A stretch of DNA of 64,000 nt from a virus. Its lineage: Duplodnaviria > Caudoviricetes. Shown piece by piece: positions 1-9,047 of this stretch (its first letter is position 1; the number at the start of each line of letters is the position of its first letter). The stretch covers positions 7,056-71,055 of the IMG/VR virus record IMGVR_UViG_3300027647_000001; one strand, written 5' to 3'. A program made the position numbers and the translations under genes. Under the pieces are notes generated by a model. The model saw only the letters and a list, made by a program, of their open reading frames with translations. It was not told the origin of the DNA and searched no databases.

Positions 1-551
1 TTAACCACGGTCAGGGAAGGGGGCTCACAGCCCTCGGAGTCCTGGTCGTCCACAGGCTCGTTGTCCACAGGGGTCTGGTGGCGCTGGTCGACGACGATCC
101 GGGCCTCGTATCCGGTGCCGACGATCGTGTGGCCCATGGCCCGGTCGTAGGTGGACGGGATCGTCGCGGCGTACACGGTCGCGGTGCCGGCGTAGCCCTT
201 GAGTCCGAGGGCGCGGCGGATGTTGGTGCGGGTGCCGTGGATGACCCAGGCGAGGGCGCCGAGTTCGCGAAGGTAGGCGACGTGCCGCTTGATGGTGGGC
301 TTGGAGATGCCGAGCCGGGCGACCATGCCGTCGATGGCGTAGCGGACGTGCCCGCTGTCGTAGTCCATGCGGGCGGCGAGGTCTTGGGCGACGGCGAGCG
401 TCGTGGCGTTCGCGCGGCCGTGGAGGCCGGCTGCGATCAGCCACTCGACTGCGCGAAGCCATCGACGCGGGCCGGTCCGTCGCGAGGCAGTGCGCTGCAC
501 TTCTTGGGCAGCGCCGCGGACGGGTTCGACCTGCCCGTCACTCTCGCACAC
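1..551 (-). CDS. Putative plasmid-type replication initiator (HTH); 3' end runs off the left window edge
   Basis: Not in the ORF track because there is no stop in the window. Open minus frame from GTG 551: VCESDGQ...PRRWLRAVEWLIAAGLHGRANATTLAVAQDLAARMDYDSGHVRYAIDGMVARLGISKPTIKRHVAYLRELGALAWV, with a clear HTH. The Rep call is recalled similarity to actinomycete plasmid Rep proteins and is unverified. Confidence 0.55.
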   Translation of the reverse strand, partial: MCESDGQVEPVRGAAQEVQRTASRRTGPRRWLRAVEWLIAAGLHGRANATTLAVAQDLAARMDYDSGHVRYAIDGMVARLGISKPTIKRHVAYLRELGALAWVIHGTRTNIRRALGLKGYAGTATVYAATIPSTYDRAMGHTIVGTGYEARIVVDQRHQTPVDNEPVDDQDSEGCEPPSLTVV

Positions 552-914
552 GCGTTCGAACGTGTCACGTTCATCGGTTTCGTGGCGGCGGGTTTGCTGG
601 CACGGGATGCCCTCAACGGAGGGAACATTCTTGGAGGAATCCGGCGTTCGGGCGTGCGGAAGGTGACACGCGGTCAGTGCATCGGGCACTATGGACCTGC
701 TTTCGAGAACGTCGAAGGGCATGACAAAGCCCCTCGGTGACGGAGGCGGTTCGCGCAGAACCTGTAGTTCGCCCGGCGGATTGGCGTCCGGTGGGCCTTA
801 GCTCGGCTTTGGCGAGTCGAGCCGTGGTACGAGGGCCGCAGAGGCCCGGAAGGTGTTGGCGCACCAACCGGGGAAGCGGCCAGGCGGTCGAGGAAATCTC
901 CCGCCCAGCAAGCG

Positions 915-1388
915 CTACGTCATCTGATCTCCATCACTCGGTGGGGTCTGCGCCGGAGCAGGCGCAGAAGTCTGTGCGGCTTTCCAGCCGTAGCCGTCTG
1001 CCAGCAGTAGAACGACGGGGCACAGATCCTCGTGGCGGAACTGGGTCCACTCGTCGAGGTAGTTGGTCTCGTCGGTGGCGGGGCAGCTGTGCATGGTCTT
1101 GGCGTGGAGCGCCATCAGCCTGCGGTCGGCAGCGCAGCGGCGCAGGACCGTCTCGGGGTCGTGCAGAGCGATGTGCTCGCACGCCTCCTTCTTCATGGGC
1201 TCGTAGAGGTCCCCGTACATGACCCCATCCGCAACCGTGTTGCCGCCGGGAAGCTCGACGGCAACTTCGCGCTCCCAGCCGTCCCATGCGGCTCCGCCCA
1301 CCGCTTCGGCGGCCGCGCGTGCTGTGGCCTCGCGGTGGGTGATGGCAGCGTCCAGCCAGGCGAGGATGTCCTCGCCCTGGGCGGTCAT
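915..1388 (-). CDS. DUF6221-like actinophage protein
   Basis: MTAQGEDILAWLDAAI...HIALHDPETVLRRCAADRRL...CPVVLLLADGYGW; start overlaps the upstream stop (ATGA). Confidence 0.75.
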   Translation of the reverse strand: MTAQGEDILAWLDAAITHREATARAAAEAVGGAAWDGWEREVAVELPGGNTVADGVMYGDLYEPMKKEACEHIALHDPETVLRRCAADRRLMALHAKTMHSCPATDETNYLDEWTQFRHEDLCPVVLLLADGYGWKAAQTSAPAPAQTPPSDGDQMT

Positions 1389-1789
1389 CGCTCGTCTCCC
1401 GTGGGCCACTCGCAGGAGCCCTCTCCGGGGATGTACTGATGGACGACCGGCAGGCCAGCAGCGTGACGCATTTCGTTCTGCCGCATCAGTGCGTCCAGTT
1501 CGGCCGCACGGTCCCGTGCCCTCTGCCGCATCCGCTCCCGAACCACGCCATTGGCGACGTCCAGGGCGGCGTCGGCCAAGCAGTCGACGCATCGCAGGTC
1601 GGCGGCAGCTTCCCCGAGGTGGCGGCAGTACCAGTCTTCCAGCGAGTAGAAGCGCAGTCGCGTGTCGTTGTACGACACAACGCCAATGACCGGGCCACGG
1701 CCGCACTGGCAGTAGTCCACCGGTTCGGCGTTGGTCGGCTGGGCATCGACGGTCGTGGTCCGGAAGAAACTCCGGACGACGGCGGTCAC
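1385..1789 (-). CDS. Hypothetical protein with Cys pairs (possible Zn-binding)
   Basis: ORF track; CQCGRG and CVDC motifs; 4-bp overlaps with both neighbours. Confidence 0.7.
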   Translation of the reverse strand: MTAVVRSFFRTTTVDAQPTNAEPVDYCQCGRGPVIGVVSYNDTRLRFYSLEDWYCRHLGEAAADLRCVDCLADAALDVANGVVRERMRQRARDRAAELDALMRQNEMRHAAGLPVVHQYIPGEGSCEWPTGDER

Positions 1790-1902
1790 GCGGCGGTGGG
1801 GGTAGTGGTGACAGGGCCCGGCTGCGACGGCGGTGTGATGTTCACGCCGGAGTCACGGGTCCATCTGTCGTGCGGGGACGGGCCCCGGGTATTCTTCGCC
1901 AT
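1786..1902 (-). CDS. Small hypothetical protein (38 aa, MAKNTRGPSP...)
   Basis: ATG preceded by GGAAGG; stop overlaps the next start. Confidence 0.45.
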   Translation of the reverse strand: MAKNTRGPSPHDRWTRDSGVNITPPSQPGPVTTTPTAA

Positions 1903-2175
1903 GTCGGCACCTTCCACGTGGGCGTGCCGGCGATGCCGGCACTTTCGTAGCTGTTGTGTGTCGGCCCGGCCCCCGCTCCTGATGCGGCAAACATCAGGAC
2001 TCCAGCGGGGGTCGTTCCGTTGTCTGGCGCGCCGGCCGCCTCCACCCGTATCTGAGTGTGCGTCTGGCGCTAGGCGCAGCCTACCCGTTGAACTCGCCAC
2101 CTGTCTGCCTCCCTGGCGGATCGTGTCGGACGGTCGTCTTGTCATCCGATCGTCAGGCCATCCCAAATTCCGGGT

Positions 2176-2223
2176 CTGACCTGGGGTGTTGTCCTACAAA
2201 AAGTAGGCGTAAATAACCGGATC
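2176..2223. repeat. 48-bp inverted repeat copy A (putative site-specific recombination site)
   Basis: CTGACCTGGGGTGTTGTCCTACAAAAAGTAGGCGTAAATAACCGGATC; its reverse complement matches 15600-15647 at 47/48; internal dyad CCTAC-AAAAA-GTAGG. Repeat is certain, function inferred. Confidence 0.9.
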
Positions 2224-2245
2224 ATGCCCGCGCCCCTGGTGTCCT

Positions 2246-2659
2246 TCAAGAAGCGATCAGCAGCGAAAAGGATGGGGGGACTTGGGCGGGCTGGGGCGGG
2301 AGGTCGATGATCTGCCCGCCGGGTTCGGGTTCGGCGTCTCGGTCGGTGTGGCGGCGGCCGGTTCGGGCGACGGTCGCTTTGAGGGTGCAGGTGATGCAGC
2401 GGCAGGCTTGGTGGTTGTACCGGTACTCGCCGTGGGGGGTGGCTTCCTGCCGGACCTTCTTCCCTGCGGCGCGGGCCTCTTGCAGGGCTTCGCCGAACGC
2501 GGTGTCGGTGCGGGCGTGGCGGGCGGGGACGCTGGGGTCGATTCCGACGTGTGCGGCTGCGGCTTTGAGGTACATGCCGGCGGTGACGGCGGTCAGGTAT
2601 TGGGTGCGGAGGGTGTCGGTGAAGCGTGGGGGCCGTCCGCGGCCGTAGCGGGTGGTCAC
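2246..2659 (-). CDS. HTH protein with C-terminal HG..Y...CRC..C motif
   Basis: GRPPRFTDTLRTQYLTAVTAGMYLKAAAAHVGI HTH-like segment; HGEYRYNHQACRCITC. Confidence 0.7.
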   Translation of the reverse strand: MTTRYGRGRPPRFTDTLRTQYLTAVTAGMYLKAAAAHVGIDPSVPARHARTDTAFGEALQEARAAGKKVRQEATPHGEYRYNHQACRCITCTLKATVARTGRRHTDRDAEPEPGGQIIDLPPQPAQVPPSFSLLIAS

Positions 2660-3120
2660 TGGTGGCCCCCGCGGGGGGTGTCGTGGTCGGCGGGGTGCCG
2701 GGGGGCGGGGAGGGTCGGGTCGTTGCTGCGGGTGCCGTGCGGGAGCAGTGGGCGGCGTGGGTGAACGGCTGCGGTGCGGGCAGCGGTTCGGGCCATGCCC
2801 TCATACCCCGCCTCCGCGAGTGCCGTACGCAGCCGGTCGAGGGCGGCCTGGTCCCACTGGGGGCGGGCCATGGCCTTGCCGACCCACACGCCGACCGCGA
2901 GGGCGCGCTTCCAGATGTCGTCGACGATCCACGGGTCGACGTCGGGGAAGAGGGCGGTGGGGAGTTTGTCGGGCCGTCCGACGGTGTCGAGGGTGCCGGC
3001 GGCGATGAGCCCGGCGAGGTACTCGCCGTGGGACTGGGCGCGTTCAAGGAGCTGCTGGTCGACGGGCGCCGTGTCCGTGGCGGTGTCTGGGGCCGGGATG
3101 TCGGCGGGCGAGGTGGTCAT
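2656..3120 (-). CDS. Hypothetical protein
   Basis: ORF track; overlaps both neighbours by 4 bp. Confidence 0.7.
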   Translation of the reverse strand: MTTSPADIPAPDTATDTAPVDQQLLERAQSHGEYLAGLIAAGTLDTVGRPDKLPTALFPDVDPWIVDDIWKRALAVGVWVGKAMARPQWDQAALDRLRTALAEAGYEGMARTAARTAAVHPRRPLLPHGTRSNDPTLPAPRHPADHDTPRGGHQ

Positions 3121-4007
3121 GCGGCGGCTCCCAGAACGGTCGTGGTGGTGGGGATGAGGCGCAGGTGGCGGTGCTCGGTGAGGGCTTGGTCGAGGGAGAG
3201 CTGGCCGGTGATGGCGGTGAACCTGGCCCGAGCCGGGCGGGGTATGCGGGCGGAGGGCCGCGGGAGGACGGTCGTGTCGCGGCCTGGGGCCGCGCCGTAG
3301 GGGGTCTGGCGCGCGCTGGGGGCTGCCGGGGCTGCGGGCGTGGGGTGTGCGGTGCCCTGGTGGGCGGGGGTGCTGGTGCCCGGCGGCGGCACGGCGGGCA
3401 CCTGTTCGCCGTCGACGACCGTCACCCCGTCGAGGAGGCCCCGCTCGGCGGCCGCGGCGAGCATTTCGGCGCGGGTCGCCGTCGCCTTGTCCAGCCCCAA
3501 CAGCGTGGTGACCGCGCTCCGCTGCCAGTTCGCCGTCCGTACGTCCACCCCCGCCGCCTCAGCAACCATCTGCGGGTCCGTGTGCGCGGCGAGCGCGGCG
3601 AGGACGGCGAGCTTCTGCGCCGTGCGCAGCCGGGCGTCGTCAGCGGCGGCCTGGCGGGTGCTGATGAACATGCGGTGCCGCTCCAGCATGGTGGCGCCGC
3701 CGAGGATGCCGTACGGGACCGCGAGCCGGCCGTCCGTATCCGTCGACACCCCATACGCGAGGCACTCCGCGACAACCGGGCACCCGGCGCAGACCGCCTT
3801 CGCCGCCCGCTCCCGGGCGTGGCGGAGCGCCTGGTCCTCCCCGCCGTCCAGGTCCGGTGCCTCCCAGGCGTGGACCGACAGCTCGAGGTCGCCCGCAGCT
3901 TGGGTGGGCTGGTCCGGGTCGGGGGCGCAGCCCCGGTAGCGGTAGTGCCGGTGCCCGACCAGGTCCTGGTGGGCCCGGCGGGCAGACGGTGTCGTGCTGC
4001 TGGTCAT
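3117..4007 (-). CDS. WhiB-family transcription factor with C-terminal extension
   Basis: GCAPDPD...AKAVCAGCPVVAECLAYG...GILGG (four Cys plus GxxGG turn); start re-chosen at MTSSTTPSA after GGAGG. Confidence 0.85.
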   Translation of the reverse strand: MTSSTTPSARRAHQDLVGHRHYRYRGCAPDPDQPTQAAGDLELSVHAWEAPDLDGGEDQALRHARERAAKAVCAGCPVVAECLAYGVSTDTDGRLAVPYGILGGATMLERHRMFISTRQAAADDARLRTAQKLAVLAALAAHTDPQMVAEAAGVDVRTANWQRSAVTTLLGLDKATATRAEMLAAAAERGLLDGVTVVDGEQVPAVPPPGTSTPAHQGTAHPTPAAPAAPSARQTPYGAAPGRDTTVLPRPSARIPRPARARFTAITGQLSLDQALTEHRHLRLIPTTTTVLGAAA

Positions 4008-4009
4008 GG

Positions 4010-4273
4010 TCAGCCCTCCTTCTTCGGGGTGTGCGCGGCTATGGCGCGGGTCAGGATGTGGTCGGCGTCGGCGAGCACCTGCTGCTGCCGGGCAGCGTGG
4101 GTGATGCGGGTGGCCAGGGCGGTCAGGTCGCGCTGGTGCAGGTTGTCGGTGAGCCGGGCGACCGCCCGTTCGCGGGCCAGCTGCCGGCGTACGGTCCGGC
4201 AGTGCAGGGCGGCGGATGTGGCGACGGCCGCCGCGGCGAGCACGACGGCCGTCCATGTGCGGGTACGGGTCAC
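4010..4273 (-). CDS. Small protein with N-terminal hydrophobic helix
   Basis: ORF track; WTAVVLAAAAVATSAAL. Confidence 0.65.
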   Translation of the reverse strand: MTRTRTWTAVVLAAAAVATSAALHCRTVRRQLARERAVARLTDNLHQRDLTALATRITHAARQQQVLADADHILTRAIAAHTPKKEG

Positions 4274-4425
4274 GGCCCATCACCCCCGCCGCCCCGTAGC
4301 GGAGGCTGCTCGGACACTCGCCGGGCGGCGGCCCGTACTTCGCGGGCGCCCCACTCGACGCCGGCGAGCAGGATCCCGGCGACGATGAGCACGGGAATGA
4401 TCAGGGCAAGGTTGATAGCGCCCAC
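4270..4425 (-). CDS. Small membrane protein (51 aa)
   Basis: GTG after GGAGG; MGAINLALIIPVLIVAGILLAGVEWGAREVR; stop overlaps the next start. Confidence 0.55.
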   Translation of the reverse strand: MGAINLALIIPVLIVAGILLAGVEWGAREVRAAARRVSEQPPLRGGGGDGP

Positions 4426-4476
4426 GGCGGGGCCTCCATTCAGGTGGGAAGCGGCCCCGCGCGGACGGCGCGGGGG

Positions 4477-6102
4477 TTAAGCGGCGGTGGTCAACTCTGG
4501 AGCCGTGTGCCGGTCCATCTCCTCGCCGGTGATGGCCTCGACCAGGGCGCAGACGAGAACCTCGGCGGCATTCGGGGTGACGGCGTTGCCGTACTGCTTC
4601 ACGCGTTCACGCTTCGAGCCGAGGACGGTGTAGTCATCGGCGAAGCTCATGGCCCGGCCGATCTCGTGGGGCTCCAGCATGCGGAAGAGGACGTCCTCGA
4701 TTACGGGCTTGCCGTGGACCACGGCGTACCGGTCCCGGGTGGTCAGTGCTCCGACGGGCTGTGTGACCGGCCGGGCGGTGCCGGTGCCGTAGTACGGGAT
4801 GAGGAGGTGTTCCGACATGTGCTCCGGTGTCACCAGGCCGTGGTGGTTACCGGAGGCGCACACGGTGGCCAGGGCGTCGGTAACCGAACGGGCGACGGAA
4901 CCGCCGCCGCGGAGCTCGGCGACGAACGGCAGCCACGCCAGCCCGGTTTCGTTCCTGGCGGTCTGGGTGCGCAGCGGCAGCGTCGCTACCTGCGGCGCCT
5001 TACCGTCCCGGCCCTCGACCGGAATCATCAACGGCGGCACCATCAAGGAGTCGTTCTCCCGGGTGGTGCGCGTCGGCATCGGCTCGAACACGCTCGACGC
5101 CGTGTTCCGCCACGTACCGCCGGCGGGCACCATCATCGGCACCGGCTGCGCGAACCGCTGAAGACCCGCCTCGATCCGGGCCACCGTCTTCGCCGCGAGA
5201 GGCTTTGCCCGGTCGCCGATCCGCTGCCCGGGGATGGACCAGTCGATCGCTGCCAGCGCGGGCAGTGCCTCCGGCTCGACAATCTGGTTCCGGCACGAGG
5301 TGTTGGGGCACCGGTACACGTACTGCTGCCGGTAGCGGCCCATGTCCCGCTTCGGGTCCTTGAACACCTGCACGGCCTGCACCCACACGTCGCAGCCCTG
5401 GCACCAGGCGCGCGGCCGCAGCCACTTGTCCCAGTCGGGTGTCCGGCCCAGGCTGCGGTGCCAGTAGGCGACGTACAACCGGTCGCGGGACTGCGGGGCG
5501 GCGTGGACGCTGCGCGGGTGCGCGTGCATCGAGTTCAGGGCGATGATCCGGGTGAAGTAGCCCATCTTGTGGATCTCGCCTATCCACCGGTCCCAGTCGG
5601 TCCACTGCCGAACATCGACAACGTTCTCGACGACGCCGGCCTTGATGAGCCCGCCGCGTTCCATGACGCCGCGCAGGTAGAGGGGAACCTCTTCCATCAG
5701 GGCCCGGGACTCCTCTTCGAGCGTCGGCCCCTGGTCCTCATCCTCATTCGCGGCGCCGAACTTCTCGGCCTCGATCTCCGCGTACAGTTCCAGCAGGTCG
5801 CCCTGCATGGCCTTGTCGAAGTTCCGCTGCTTGCCCTTGGCGATGGACCAATTGGTGCACTCGGGCGACGCCCAGAAAATGTCGGTGACGGGCCAGGCCC
5901 ACACCGGGGCTTCGCGAATGTCGCCCTGGTAGTGGGTGGCGTCCGGGAAGTTCGCCTGGTGGGACTGGATGGCCCGCTCCCAGTGATTGGCGACTCTCTC
6001 CACCCGAACCCCGGGCACCGAGTGCATGCCCTGGCTGGATCCGCCGGCACCGCAGAACCAGTCCATGACGGTCAGCGCGTTGTCGTCGTTGCGGTAGGGC
6101 AT
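4477..6102 (-). CDS. Orphan C5 cytosine DNA methyltransferase
   Basis: DWFCGAGG (SAM binding), WASPECT (catalytic Cys), VENV, QSRDRLY, QYGNAVTP motifs; no adjacent restriction nuclease seen. Confidence 0.92.
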   Translation of the reverse strand: MPYRNDDNALTVMDWFCGAGGSSQGMHSVPGVRVERVANHWERAIQSHQANFPDATHYQGDIREAPVWAWPVTDIFWASPECTNWSIAKGKQRNFDKAMQGDLLELYAEIEAEKFGAANEDEDQGPTLEEESRALMEEVPLYLRGVMERGGLIKAGVVENVVDVRQWTDWDRWIGEIHKMGYFTRIIALNSMHAHPRSVHAAPQSRDRLYVAYWHRSLGRTPDWDKWLRPRAWCQGCDVWVQAVQVFKDPKRDMGRYRQQYVYRCPNTSCRNQIVEPEALPALAAIDWSIPGQRIGDRAKPLAAKTVARIEAGLQRFAQPVPMMVPAGGTWRNTASSVFEPMPTRTTRENDSLMVPPLMIPVEGRDGKAPQVATLPLRTQTARNETGLAWLPFVAELRGGGSVARSVTDALATVCASGNHHGLVTPEHMSEHLLIPYYGTGTARPVTQPVGALTTRDRYAVVHGKPVIEDVLFRMLEPHEIGRAMSFADDYTVLGSKRERVKQYGNAVTPNAAEVLVCALVEAITGEEMDRHTAPELTTAA

Positions 6103-7136
6103 CAGGCGGCGCTCCTCTCGCCGCTCTGGGCGGCCTGGCGCAGTTCGGCGATCCGGGTGGTGATCAGGGTGCGGAACGGCATCCAGTCGCCCGCCGGGTT
6201 CTGCACCTGCATGTCGATGACGTGGTGCGCCTCGGCGTCGGCCTTGATCTGCTCGAGGAGGGTCGGGTTGTTCCAGCAGTCGCGCACCTGGCCCATCAAC
6301 CGGTCCACATGGGCGGCCGTCTGCGGGTTGGGGTCGCCGTCAGCCGGCGCACCGGCAGCTGCGGTGCTTCCGTCGGCAGGCAGCGAGGCGCCCGCCTCGG
6401 CGGCGACCTGCGCGGCTGCCTTCGGGGCTTCCTCCGCCTTGCGCCCCTCGCGCTGTGCGGCCTCCACCTTCAGTGCGGTGCCGCGGGCGACCAGGAGTTC
6501 GCCGAGCGTCGTCTCCCCGTTCGGGCCCTCCACTGCGGCGTTCAGCAATCCGTCCGCCTTCGCCTCCGTGTGCATCGCCTGAAGCGCGGTGACGTTGTTC
6601 CACACCGCGGGCTTCCGCAGCCGCTCCATGTACGAGTCAGCCGGCGACCGCTGCCCCACCGGGTGGTCACGGTCCCCGTCGTCGAGGGCCCCGGCATCCA
6701 CCGGGATCATGAACGTCTGGAGCAGCGCATACTTCAGCGCCGCGGACATCGCCTTGTTCGACGCCTTGTCCGCGACGTCCGACGCCTCGCCCAGCGTGAT
6801 GGCGGTGACCTTGTCGCCTCCGGGACCGTAGAAGTGGAAGGCGACCCGCATGTGGACGGCGTTCATCTTGCCGCGCACCGAGACCTGGAAGTCGAGGACC
6901 TCCGGCATCATGACCACCCCGTGGTCCCGGAGCGGCTGGGCGAGGGCGCCGATGAAGTCGTCGACGCCGCGGAAGCTGTAGTTCTGCGACTTGTTGACGC
7001 CGTTCTTGCCCACGTTCCTGACGTCGCGCATGACGTGGGACATCAGCTCGTAGACGGTGGGCTGGGGCTGGTTCGGGGTGTGCGAGGTCGGACCCTCCGC
7101 CGTGATGCTGGCGGGGGCCTCGGTGGCCGTGGCCAT
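6102..7136 (-). CDS. erf: ERF-family single-strand annealing protein
   Basis: VGKNGVNKSQNYSFRGVDD...GEASDVADKASNKAMSAALKYALLQTFMIP...DGD. Confidence 0.88.
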   Translation of the reverse strand: MATATEAPASITAEGPTSHTPNQPQPTVYELMSHVMRDVRNVGKNGVNKSQNYSFRGVDDFIGALAQPLRDHGVVMMPEVLDFQVSVRGKMNAVHMRVAFHFYGPGGDKVTAITLGEASDVADKASNKAMSAALKYALLQTFMIPVDAGALDDGDRDHPVGQRSPADSYMERLRKPAVWNNVTALQAMHTEAKADGLLNAAVEGPNGETTLGELLVARGTALKVEAAQREGRKAEEAPKAAAQVAAEAGASLPADGSTAAAGAPADGDPNPQTAAHVDRLMGQVRDCWNNPTLLEQIKADAEAHHVIDMQVQNPAGDWMPFRTLITTRIAELRQAAQSGERSAA

Positions 7137-7218
7137 GAGGTCTCCTTGTGAGGTTGTACGTGTGTGCTGCGCGGCCGGGTCTGGTTGTCGGCGTGCAGAC
7201 CCGCCCGCGCCGGTGCGC

Positions 7219-8106
7219 CTAGCTGGCGGGGCCGATGCCGTACTTGTGCAGCAGGTACGCGAGGGCGACCTGTGCCGGCCGCAGCTTGGCGTCCTTGCCC
7301 TTGGTGGTGGCCTGCTCGTACAGGTCGTCGTTCGGGTTCATCTTGATGTTGACCATGTCGCCGAGCTGCTCCGCAGTCCACACCGGCGCCTCGGGGGTGA
7401 AGGTGCCGTCCAGGTAGGCGGCGAGGCCTTCCTCGACGTCGTCGGTGACCGTGTTTCCGGCCGCCTGCTGCGCGGCCCGCACCCGGTCCCGCAGGTCGCG
7501 CGGCATCTGCGGGTTACGGACCGCACCCCGCGGACGCTGCTCCTCGCCGGCGTGGCCCGGCGCGTAGTGCCCGACCTCGTACTTGAAGAGCAGGTACTCC
7601 TTGGCCAGCGTCGACGGCTTCTCGCCGCGCGCCTTGACCTGGTCCCTCAGTGACTTCTTCGGGCGCACCGACAGGGTCACGTTTTCCGAGCCGGTACCCC
7701 AGCGGGCTTTGCCCTGCGGGCGTGGCGTGAACGAGCCGGCCAAGTAGCGTGCCAATCCCTCGTTCACGTCGTGGTTGAGGACGTTCCCCACCGACTTGGC
7801 CCTGGCCTCGATCTCTTCCTTGAGGGCCTTGTCGATCAGGATCGACATGCTCGGGCCCATGCCCTCGTCGGCGGTGGTGTCGGTGGCGCGCAGGGCGGCC
7901 CATCCGTTCGGGGCGAGCACAGTGTCGACGGCTGCGGCCAGGTCCGGGGAGTCGACGGCGCGCAGCCGGTCGGCGGCGGCTGCGAGTTCGGCGCGCAGTG
8001 TGGGGCGTCGGGTGGCCACGGGGCGGTGTCCTCTCGGCGGGCGCCGCTCGGACCGGTGGCGGTTCGGCGGGCGCGTGCTTGTGTGCGTCACGCCAGTGTC
8101 CTCCAT
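7219..8106 (-). CDS. Tandem ribbon-helix-helix-like DNA-binding protein
   Basis: Internal duplication SMSILIDKALKEEIEARAKSVGNVLNHDVNEGLARYLAGSFTP / VRNPQMPRDLRDRVRAAQQAAGNTVTDDVEEGLAAYLDGTFTP; true start may be GTG near 8018. Confidence 0.6.
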   Translation of the reverse strand: MEDTGVTHTSTRPPNRHRSERRPPRGHRPVATRRPTLRAELAAAADRLRAVDSPDLAAAVDTVLAPNGWAALRATDTTADEGMGPSMSILIDKALKEEIEARAKSVGNVLNHDVNEGLARYLAGSFTPRPQGKARWGTGSENVTLSVRPKKSLRDQVKARGEKPSTLAKEYLLFKYEVGHYAPGHAGEEQRPRGAVRNPQMPRDLRDRVRAAQQAAGNTVTDDVEEGLAAYLDGTFTPEAPVWTAEQLGDMVNIKMNPNDDLYEQATTKGKDAKLRPAQVALAYLLHKYGIGPAS

Positions 8107-8174
8107 TTTCGTGGTGCGTACGCAACTGCCTAAGGGCTATTGCGCTCGGGGCGATCCCGGTAGACACCACTGTA

Positions 8175-8215
8175 CCCCATGCATGTTGCGTCCGCACCAT
8201 GCATGGGGCTATGGT
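8175..8215 (+). promoter_or_regulatory. Promoter TTGCGT-N18-TATGGT overlapped by a palindromic operator
   Basis: CCCCATGCATG-N12-CATGCATGGGG perfect 11-bp inverted repeat; 18-bp core ATGTTGCGTCCGCACCAT recurs at 56539 and 59543. Confidence 0.7.
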
Positions 8216-8244
8216 TAGGGCAACGCCACGACGAGGGGGACGCA

Positions 8245-8643
8245 ATGAGGAACACCAGCCGCCAGACCACCACCAAGACCCTGGCCGACCTGTACCGCTC
8301 CCTCGACCGCCGGTTTGCCGTCACCATCACCTACCTCGACCACGACGGCACCGAGACCATCCGCACCATCGAGATCGCGGACATCCGCACCACGAAGAAC
8401 GGCTTCATCCAGGTCCGCGCCATGTGCCGGCTCCGCGGCGACGCCCGCTCCTTCGACCTGACCCGGATCGTCTCCTACACCTGCCACCGCATCGCGTTCG
8501 TCCTCGAAGCACCGGAGGCAACGACTCCCGCAGGCCGCCCCACCATCGTCCGTAGCGCCGCCCAGCTCATCGCCCGCGAACTCGGCCGGGACTACCTGCC
8601 CCGCACCGCCGTCACCCGCTCGAACACCGCGCTCGCCGCCTAG
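8245..8643 (+). CDS. Stand-alone WYL-domain protein
   Basis: VTITYLDHDGTETIRTIEI...VRAMCRLRGDARSFDLTRI matches the WYL pattern; no N-terminal HTH. Confidence 0.8.
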   Translation: MRNTSRQTTTKTLADLYRSLDRRFAVTITYLDHDGTETIRTIEIADIRTTKNGFIQVRAMCRLRGDARSFDLTRIVSYTCHRIAFVLEAPEATTPAGRPTIVRSAAQLIARELGRDYLPRTAVTRSNTALAA

Positions 8644-8652
8644 GAGGAACCC

Positions 8653-8928
8653 ATGAACCTGCCTGCAATCGGATCCGAAGTACTGGCGGGCCCCGTCGTG
8701 TGGATCCTCTCGACCGGCGAGTTCGGTGAGGGAGGCACCATCAAGGGCGTCTTCCTCGACCGGGAGCTGGCGCGTGGCGCTCTGGTCGAGGAAGCGCAGA
8801 AGTTGCACGAGCGCTTCACTATCAGCGATGCAGGCCAGAAGGCCGACGGATCTCTGTTCGTTGAGGGCGGGTGCGACTGGATCGCTCTCGAACCGCACCA
8901 GGTCACCACGGCTGCACAGCTGGACTGA
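8653..8928 (+). CDS. Hypothetical protein
   Basis: ORF track; AGGAGG RBS; hairpin downstream near 8945-8973. Confidence 0.75.
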   Translation: MNLPAIGSEVLAGPVVWILSTGEFGEGGTIKGVFLDRELARGALVEEAQKLHERFTISDAGQKADGSLFVEGGCDWIALEPHQVTTAAQLD

Positions 8929-9047
8929 CCCCGGGTACGACGAAGGCCACCGCCCCGAACCGGGTGGTGGCCTGACACAGTGAACGCGCAAGCGCAGTCT
9001 AGCCCACGAACTCGCCAGCCCACCAGTCCCCTTCACCACCAGCGACA

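Noticed and set aside
2176-2223. 48-bp site as attL/attR or as a protelomerase (tel) site
   Set aside because: Integration leaves direct, not inverted, repeats; the site is not a long perfect palindrome and the recombinase has a Cre-type, not TelN-type, catalytic pattern.
4477-6102. Methyltransferase as part of a restriction-modification system
   Set aside because: Neighbours are ERF and small membrane genes; no nuclease recognisable, so it is an orphan phage methylase.
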